DNA from: Octopus vulgaris
Lineage: Eukaryota
Direction: 5' to 3'
DNA length: 64,000 nt
NCBI GenBank assembly: GCA_951406725.2
Contig: OX597828.1
Span: 38,192,001 to 38,256,000, forward strand
In this document: positions 55,213 through 64,000 of the stretch, one piece after another
Numbering within the stretch: position 1 is the stretch's first letter
Layout: each line of letters starts with the position of its first letter
The notes under the pieces: generated by a model
The model's input: only the letters and a program-made list of their open reading frames with translations
Told to the model about the DNA's origin: nothing
The model's database searches: none
Translations under genes and position numbers: made by a program

Positions 55213-55255
<43 letters not shown>

Positions 55256-55296
55256 CAGACAGACAGACAGACAGACAGGCAGGCATACAGGCAGAC

Positions 55297-55366
<70 letters not shown>

Positions 55367-55691
55367 ACATACAGACAGACAGATAGGTTGTGTTCAATAA
55401 ACAATGTGTGTGCGTATGTGTGTGTGTGTTTGCGTCTATGTTTGCCCTCCCTCACCTCTTCACAACTAGTGTTTACATCTCCGTAACTTAGCGATTCGGC
55501 AAAAGACAGAATAAGTTTCGCAAACGAAAACGTCAACGTAGACAATGCGATGGAAGATAGGTAATGGGTGTATATGCATCTTTTTGGGGTAACTGTTCCT
55601 TCTTCAGCACCACATCCAACCCATTAACCAGGCATGTATACATATACATATACACACACACACACACACACACATACACACACACACACAT

Positions 55692-55729
<38 letters not shown>

Positions 55730-55744
55730 GCTTATTTGGAAATT

Positions 55745-55854
55745 GAATAGAAATGGCGTTTCTGATCATTTTCCCACTTTAATAATTAGATGTTTAAACA
55801 TATAGACATCTAATTATTAAAGTGGATAAATTATCAGAAAAGTCGTTTCTGTTC
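55745..55854. repeat. ~54-bp-arm palindrome/hairpin
   Basis: gaatagaaatggcgtttctgatcattttcccactttaataattagatgttta pairs with tagacatctaattattaaagtggataaattatcagaaaagtcgtttctgttc. Confidence 0.85.
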
Positions 55855-56379
55855 GTTTTTCAAATATATGATTCTATACGAAGGACTTCCTATTTCTTAT
55901 TCTACTATATGCTTATACATACACACAAACACACATACATATATACATACACACACGCACATACATGCGTACGTTTGCATAAACACACACACACGCACAC
56001 ATACATATACACAAACACACACGCCCTTACATACACACATACACACATACATATATGTATATCTTTATCAAAACTAGAAGCTGTAAAATGTGGGGTTTGT
56101 TATTTATTCCACCAATGCACATGTTTCATTTTCTGATTAAAAATACAAATTTGTACATGTTGGATAAACTTGTAAGAAATTTCCTATAATAAATTCTTCA
56201 GATAGAGAATCAAATAATGCTTATAATAATCTAATACTATAATAATATTTGATTCTTTGTTTGAATAGTTTCTAAAAGGAACTTTCTTAAATGTTCTTCT
56301 AACATGTAATATTCTGTAACTCCATTTAGCAAAAGAAACACGTGTAATGGTGAAGAAATAAAGGGGTGATCGGAATAGA

Positions 56380-56597
56380 CTGCCTTCGGTCATGAATGAC
56401 CATGGAATTGCAAACTGAAAGTTCCCCTCCAAGGCACAAATCCGACAAGCAGTTGCCCATGCATATCAGCTTCCACTCTCCATGCCAGTGATGTTATCCG
56501 AAGGAAAGGCAATTGTCGATACAGCTTGGCACCAGTGATATCGCATCTCATATCAACAGCAGAGTAAACTGGAGCAACGTGAAATAAAGTGTCTTCT
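56380..56597 (-). mobile_element. SINE body family F joined to a CORE-like block
   Basis: Same body as 39010-39212, followed by ctggagcaacgtgaaataaagtgtctt (reverse complement of the family C CORE-like block). Confidence 0.8.
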
Positions 56598-56778
56598 GTG
56601 ATAGTATGTTGTCAACTTAATCTGAGAGTCCCATAAAAGAGAAGAATGCTACTGTTATTTAGCCCTAGGAAACACCGTTTTCTGTTAGACTTGACACATT
56701 TCCTGTGTCCTTATATTTTCAAAGGGGAGACAAGCACCTCCACCCAGCAAAGCCAGCATTCACAGACAAGTTTCAGAG

Positions 56779-58646
56779 TCATTGCGCATCATCAGTCCGG
56801 AGTCGCATGGCAAGCTAGCTGTCGAGGCCTACCCGCCTTTGAAAACCCTTTATTCATTGCTCATCATCAGTCCGGAGTAATATGGCTAGCTAGCTGTCGA
56901 TGCCTCCCCGCCTTTGAAAACCCTTTATTCATTGCTCATCATCAGTCCGGAGTAATATGGCTAGCTAGCTGTCGAGGCCTACCCGCCTTTGAAAACCCTT
57001 TATTCATTGCTCACCATCAGTCCGGAGTAATATGGCTAGCTAGCTGTCGAGGCCTACCCGCCTTTGAAAACCCTTTATTCATTGCTCATCATCAGTCCGG
57101 AGTAATATGGCTAGCTAGCTGTCGAGGCCTACCCGCCTTTGAAAACCCTTTATTCATTGCTCATCATCAGTCCGGAGTAATATGGCTAGCTAGCTGTCGA
57201 TGCCTCCCCGCCTTTGAAAACCCTTTATTCATTGCTCATCATCAGTCCGGAGTAATATGGCTAGCTAGCTGTCGAGGCCTACCCACCTTTGAAAACCCTT
57301 TATTCATTGCTCATCATCAGTCCGGAGTAATATGGCTAGCTAGCTGTCGAGGCCTACCCGCCTTTGAAAACCCTTTATTCATTGTTCATCATCAGTCCGG
57401 AGTAATATGGCTAGCTAGCTGTCGAGGCCTACCCGCCTTTGAAAACCCTTTATTCATTGCTCATCATCAGTCCGGAGTAATATGGCTAGCTAGCTGTCGA
57501 TGCCTCCCCGCCTTTGAAAACCCTTTATTCATTGCTCATCATCAGTCCGGAGTAATATGGCTAGCTAGCTGTCGAGGCCTACCCACCTTTGAAAACCCTT
57601 TATTCATTGCTCATCATCAGTCCGGAGTAATATGGCTAGCTAGCTGTCGAGGCCTACCCGCCTTTGAAAACCCTTTATTCATTGCTCATCATCAGTCCGG
57701 AGTAATATGGCTAGCTAGCTGTCGAGGCCTACCCGCCTTTGAAAACCCTTTATTCATTGCTCATCATCAGTCCGGAGTAATATGGCTAGCTAGCTGTCGA
57801 TGCCTCCCCGCCTTTGAAAACCCTTTATTCATTGCTCATCATCAGTCCGGAGTAATATGGCTAGCTAGCTGTCGAGGCCTACCCGCCTTTGAAAACCCTT
57901 TATTCATTGCTCACCATCAGTCCGGAGTAATATGGCTAGCTAGCTGTCGAGGCCTACCCGCCTTTGAAAACCCTTTATTCATTGCTCATCATCAGTCCGG
58001 AGTAATATGGCTAGCTAGCTGTCGAGGCCTACCCGCCTTTGAAAACCCTTTATTCATTGCTCATCATCAGTCCGGAGTAATATGGCTAGCTAGCTGTCGA
58101 TGCCTCCCCGCCTTTGAAAACCCTTTATTCATTGCTCATCATCAGTCCGGAGTAATATGGCTAGCTAGCTGTCGAGGCCTACCCACCTTTGAAAACCCTT
58201 TATTCATTGCTCATCATCAGTCCGGAGTAATATGGCTAGCTAGCTGTCGAGGCCTACCCGCCTTTGAAAACCCTTTATTCATTGCTCACCATCAGTCCGG
58301 AGTAATATGGCTAGCTAGCTGTCGAGGCCTACCCGCCTTTGAAAACCCTTTATTCATTGCTCATCATCAGTCCGGAGTAATATGGCTAGCTAGCTGTCGA
58401 TGCCTCCCCGCCTTTGAAAACCCTTTATTCATTGCTCATCATCAGTCCGGAGTAATATGGCTAGCTAGCTGTCGAGGCCTACCCACCTTTGAAAACCCTT
58501 TATTCATTGCTCATCATCAGTCCGGAGTAATATGGCTAGCTAGCTGTCGAGGCCTACCCGCCTTTGAAAACCCTTTATTCATTGCTCATCATCAGTCCGG
58601 AGTAATATGGCTAGCTAGCTGTCGAGGCCTACCCGCCTTTGAAAAC
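56779..58646. repeat. Tandem array of ~25 x 75 bp with 300-bp and 900-bp higher-order structure
   Basis: Unit tcattgctcatcatcagtccggagtaatatggctagctagctgtcgaggcctacccgcctttgaaaaccctttat; variant positions recur at fixed periods. Confidence 0.97.
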
Positions 58647-59067
58647 ATATATTTCAAGGGAAATCGCCAGCATTTACGAGCGCCATAAAAAATAAAGGTT
58701 ACAAGGAATTTGTCGTCGATCGAAATGACACCGGGTAATATCCGGTTTCTGGGTATTTCTTACACGCTTAGGAGGTGTGAGTAAGGTAGATTTTATGCAA
58801 GCTTATTGCACCTCATACAGAAAGATCTTCGTCCGGGTAGATCAAAAACGTAACTTCCTTATTTTTGATACTACCCGCTTATAGGATGTCATCGCAAGAG
58901 CAGCGTATGCACAGAAATCCTACACTCACACATACATTCACACATACTGAGGATTGCCGTCTCCCTGAGCTTCTGCATTGTCAATGGCATTTCTGACATT
59001 CCATCTATGACCTCTTCGATGACTATTCAGTACTGCTATAGATCTGTAGACCTGCTATAGATCTGTA

Positions 59068-59349
59068 AAGGCGCGTAGCTTAGTGGTTAGGGTATTCGGC
59101 TGACGATCGTAAGGTCGTGAGTTCGATTCCCGGCGACGCGTTGTGTCCTTGAGCAAGACACTTTATTTCACGTTGCTCCAGTCCGCTTAGCTGGCAAAAA
59201 TGAGTAGTACCTGTATATCAAAGGGCCAGCCTCATCACACTCTGTGTCACGCTGATTCTCCCAGGGAACTACGTCAAGGGTACGCGTGTCTGTGGAGTGC
59301 TCAGCCACTTGCACGTCATCGTAACTCTCGTAGTCGTAACCGACGGAGT
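59068..59349 (+). mobile_element. SINE family C head with family D-type tail
   Basis: ggcgcgtagcttagtggttagggtattcggc...gtgtccttgagcaagacac...gggccagcc...gtcgtaaccgacggagt. Confidence 0.88.
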
Positions 59350-59429
59350 TCTTCTTCTTCTTCTTCTTCTTCTTCTTCTTCTTCTTCTTCTTCTTCTTCT
59401 TCTTCTTCTTCTTCTACTTCTTCTTCTTC

Positions 59430-59461
<32 letters not shown>

Positions 59462-59488
59462 TTTCTTCTTTTTCTTCTTCTTCTTTTC

Positions 59489-59491
<3 letters not shown>
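59349..59491. repeat. (TTC)n microsatellite
   Basis: Direct. Confidence 0.95.
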
Positions 59492-59535
<44 letters not shown>

Positions 59536-59557
59536 ACACACACACACACACAAACAC

Positions 59558-59616
<59 letters not shown>

Positions 59617-59880
59617 TGTATGTATGTATGTATGTATGTATGTATGTATATATTCATATATATGCATAAATCCTAATAGAAATGTTACTATGTCTATACA
59701 TATTAATGGAACATTTGATATTATTAATCATTGTATGAGAATATAGAGAACTGGCTGAACCAGACGTTAAAACGAAACCTGAAGTGCCACTCAAGTTAGA
59801 ATGATTAACACGCGTATGAGTGTGAGTGTGTGCGCGCGTGTTTGCGTCATACAATAGATATACTAGCACACATACATACT

Positions 59881-59935
<55 letters not shown>

Positions 59936-60091
59936 TCATACACAAAAACGCACACGGGCATGTACAGACACACACACATACTCACATGACCATGGCTACA
60001 TACAGAAGAGACCGACGAATATATGTACAAACACTCATATATAATTCATATACACAAACAAAGGCACGGACAGACACATATAAAAGCTCAA

Positions 60092-60138
<47 letters not shown>

Positions 60139-60141
60139 CAC

Positions 60142-60299
60142 AGGTGCCGGCGTGGCCGTTTGGTAAGAAGCATGCTTCCCAGCCACATGGTTCCGGGTTC
60201 AGTCCCACTGCGTGGCACCTTGAGCAAGCGTCTTCTACTATAGCCTCGGGCCGACCGAAAGCTTGTAAGTGTATTTGGTAGATAGAAACTGAAAGAAGT

Positions 60300-60343
<44 letters not shown>

Positions 60344-60456
60344 ATGTATGTATATGTATGTATGTATATGTATGTATGTATATGTATGTATGTATATGTA
60401 TGTATGTATATGTATGTATGTATGTATATGTATGTATGTATATGTATGTATGTATG

Positions 60457-60488
<32 letters not shown>

Positions 60489-60770
60489 TGTATGTATGTA
60501 TATGTTCTTTTACTTCTTTCAGCCATTTTGACTGTGGCCATAATGAGGTGAAGTGGTGAACGCTGGAAAAACGAGCTTTGACAGGAGACAGCCAATATAT
60601 ATATATATATATATACACGACGGTTTTCTTTCGGTTTCTGTCTACCAAATCCACTCACAACGCTTTGGTCGGCCCGAGGCTATTGTAGAAGAGACTTGCC
60701 CAAGGTGCCACGCAGTGGTACAGATCCCGAAACCATGTGGTTGGGGAGCATGCTTCTTACCCCACAGCTA
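60142..60770. mobile_element. Inverted pair of SINE A pieces (+ 60142-60300, - 60505-60770)
   Basis: Family motifs on opposite strands. Confidence 0.85.
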
Positions 60771-60785
60771 CATATGCGTGTGTGC

Positions 60786-60852
<67 letters not shown>

Positions 60853-61115
60853 TGTGTCTGTGTGTGTGTGAGTTTGTCCTCTCGAACCCTCTTTCACGGG
60901 GACGAGGAGGTGATAGTCCAGTGACTAGGAAGTGAAAACTGTAGTGAAGAAGTAACTCAAAGAACAGTCAACAGAATTTTATATGAGACAGAGATACATG
61001 CTCTCATTCGAAGGTGGAACATTGCTATTGCGAGAAACGATGACAATGTTGAGAAGTAGGGATGTGATCCACAGGGGACCAGCTCCATTTTGAAGTATGA
61101 TACATGTTCCTGTGT

Positions 61116-61498
61116 GGAGGCGCGATGGCCCAGTGGTTAGGGCGGCGGACTCGCGGTCATAGGATCGCGGTTTCGATTCCCAGACCGGGCGTTGTGAGTG
61201 CTTATTGAGCAAAAACACCTAAAGCTCCACGAGGCTCCGGCAGGGGATGGTGGTGATCCCTGCTGTACTCTTTCACCTCAACTTTCTCTCACTCTTTCTT
61301 CCTGTTTCTGTTGTACCTGTATTTCAAAGGGCCAGCCTTGTCACTCTCTGTGTCATGCTGAATATCTCCGAGAACTACGTTAAGGGTACACGTGTCTGTG
61401 GAGTGCTCGGCCACTTACACGTTAATTTCACAAGCAGGCTGTTCCGTTGATTCGGATCAACCGGAACCCTCGTCGTCGTAACCGACGGAGTGCTTCCT
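61116..61498 (+). mobile_element. Full-length SINE family D with 13-bp target-site duplication
   Basis: tRNA-like head (tggcccagtggttaggg, gtttcgattccc); catgttcctgtgt at 61103-61115 and 61499-61511. Confidence 0.92.
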
Positions 61499-61851
61499 CA
61501 TGTTCCTGTGTTGGTAATTAAACCTATTCTAAACAAAATGGTATTATTTTTTTACTCACCTTCGGACATTGCAAATATACATAACAAACAGATTTGCTAT
61601 TCATATCGCGGAAAACAAAAGAAAATGAACGCAGAAACAGATGCGTGGAATATAAGCCAGAGTTTTGCCCACAGGTGAAAGCAGGTGATACGTACTTATG
61701 ATGCTGAATCCAATTCAGCGCCGTTCTATTTATCTCAATAACCAGACTGGGGATAAACAAATAAAAACTGACAAGGGTGATTAACATAATCTCCTTCTTG
61801 CCCTCTATTTGTATTCATTTTCTAGGTAAACACTTGAAACGTGACAATATG

Positions 61852-61902
<51 letters not shown>

Positions 61903-61965
61903 GCATATATATGCACACACATATATATACACATGTATATACACTCACACACATACACACACACA

Positions 61966-62483
<518 letters not shown>

Positions 62484-62588
62484 GAGAAAGAAGCAACAAG
62501 AATGGATTAGTTTTTAGTACAATTGTTTCATACAAAGACAGGCTTTATTACAAGTCGCAAAAATTGCATATATATATATATATGCATA

Positions 62589-62623
<35 letters not shown>

Positions 62624-62760
62624 CGTGACATATTTTTGCCATTTCAATATGGCTAACCCCTAAGGGTGGATGCTACTGTAGTTTTTAGCCCCAGGAGGAC
62701 ACACTCCTCCAGCTGGCCATAGACACACTATCTGTGTCCTGTCAGTATTTGCAGTATTGT

Positions 62761-62823
<63 letters not shown>

Positions 62824-62867
62824 TGTATGTATGTATGTATGTATGTATGTGTGTATACATTCAAGTA

Positions 62868-62975
62868 CAGTAGAACCTCGCAGCAAGAGTGCACCATTGT
62901 ACGAGTAATTTACGGTAATTTACTCGTGTGAATTTTTACTTCGTGAAGTACGCGCAGAAATCCGCAGTACGAGCT
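62868..62975 (+). mobile_element. Tigger/pogo-like left end fragment
   Basis: TA|cagtagaacctcg start with repeated gtacgag subterminal motifs; no right end found. Confidence 0.45.
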
Positions 62976-63171
62976 CACCAATCATCCCATCTTTAAAGTA
63001 ATTTAGTTACTAAAATCAGTTTAGATATTTAGATCCCTGAGATAAGTGTGGGTTTTTGGGGTGGGGAGCACAGATTTAAGCATTCAAACCTGGAGTTATT
63101 GCTCCTTACTGTGAACACTTGGATAGGTTTGTTTGCGTACTTGTTTGTAATTTAATAAAGGTAAACTGGCG

Positions 63172-63415
63172 CATAATGGGAAAATACTCTGAAAGTAAAG
63201 TGTCCCTGAAATGGAAATACAAACGGAATAAGATAAGTTTCACATAAATCGGTACCTGAGATACGCGGCTCTTTCGTGTACCTTTATAAATAGCCAAACC
63301 AGTACATAATGGGAAAATACTCTGAAAGTAAGGCATCATTGAAATGCGAATACAAACAGAATAAAACAAATTTCGCGTAAATCGGGCCACGGGTTCCTGA
63401 GGTACGCGGTTTTTT
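63172..63415. repeat. Diverged ~134-bp tandem duplication
   Basis: cataatgggaaaatactctgaaagtaa at 63172 and 63306, and cctgag(a/g)tacgcgg in both copies. Confidence 0.85.
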
Positions 63416-63581
63416 CGGATACCTTGATCTATTGGAGATCCGACGGGTCAAAGGTAGACTAGAATACTTTAACAGAGTTAAAAAAAGATTCGATTCAAAT
63501 TGGAATTGTATTTGATTACATCTGTCCGAGCTGCGATGCACTTAGAATAATCGAAAACCGGATTAACTCTGAAAGCCAGTC

Positions 63582-63637
<56 letters not shown>

Positions 63638-63638
63638 C

Positions 63639-63673
<35 letters not shown>

Positions 63674-63798
63674 GAGGCGAACAGATAAGTGCATATACAT
63701 ACCTGTGTGTGTGTGCGTGTGTGTGTGTATCTGTATATGTATATATCTAAAGAGAGGTATGTGTGTACGTGTGTGTGTGTGTGTTAGATATGTAGATA

Positions 63799-63859
<61 letters not shown>

Positions 63860-63860
<1 letters not shown>

Positions 63861-64000
63861 GGCGCAGGAGTGGCTGTGTGGTAAGTAGCTTGCTTACCAA
63901 CCACGTGGCATCTTGGGCAAGTGTTTCTACTATAGCCTCGGGACAACCAAAGCCTTGTGAGTGGATTTGGTAGACGGAAACTGAAAGAAGCCCGTCGTAT
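63860..64000 (+). mobile_element. SINE family A, 5' half (runs off window)
   Basis: aggcgcaggagtggctgtgtggtaag...gacggaaactgaaagaagcccgtcg. Confidence 0.88.

Noticed and set aside
56779-58646. CRISPR-like array
   Set aside because: Units are contiguous and near-identical with no unique spacers; no cas genes; eukaryotic context.
56646-58688. 680-aa ORF with 25-aa repeats (IAHHQSGVIWLASCRGLPAFENPLF)
   Set aside because: The 75-bp unit is a multiple of 3, so one stop-free frame propagates automatically. There is no recognisable domain or splice context, and variants include non-synonymous changes.
58690-58930. Tyrosine-recombinase-like peptide on the minus strand (DIL*AGSIKNKEVTFLIY)
   Set aside because: Only a vague resemblance, with stops and no catalytic H-x-x-R context.
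61116-61190. tRNA genes at SINE heads (also 25014, 26285, 36158, 46262, 59068)
   Set aside because: A and B boxes are present, but they run into SINE bodies with target duplications and lack a complete cloverleaf.

Overview
AT-rich, microsatellite-saturated eukaryotic DNA that looks like octopus (cephalopod) intronic or intergenic sequence; this is inferred from the tRNA-derived SINE families and repeat style, not from a database search. Nearly all long ORFs in the track are translated microsatellites. The interpretable content is mobile DNA: dozens of SINE copies from about four modular families, RTE/BovB-type LINE remnants (one ending in three C2H2 fingers), R4/Dong-type elements sitting inside (TAA)n tracts, mariner and Tigger-like DNA transposon pieces, a Helentron/HINE-like element, and Penelope-like element (PLE) remnants with GIY-YIG domains. 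The most striking signal is about a dozen hammerhead-ribozyme (HHR)-like motifs. They include an intact inverted pair at 19.5-19.9 kb and a 25 x 75-bp higher-order satellite at 56.8-58.6 kb whose unit carries the 5' half of an HHR core. Only one short candidate host exon was seen (18437-18504). All coordinates were read by eye, and repeat boundaries are approximate.
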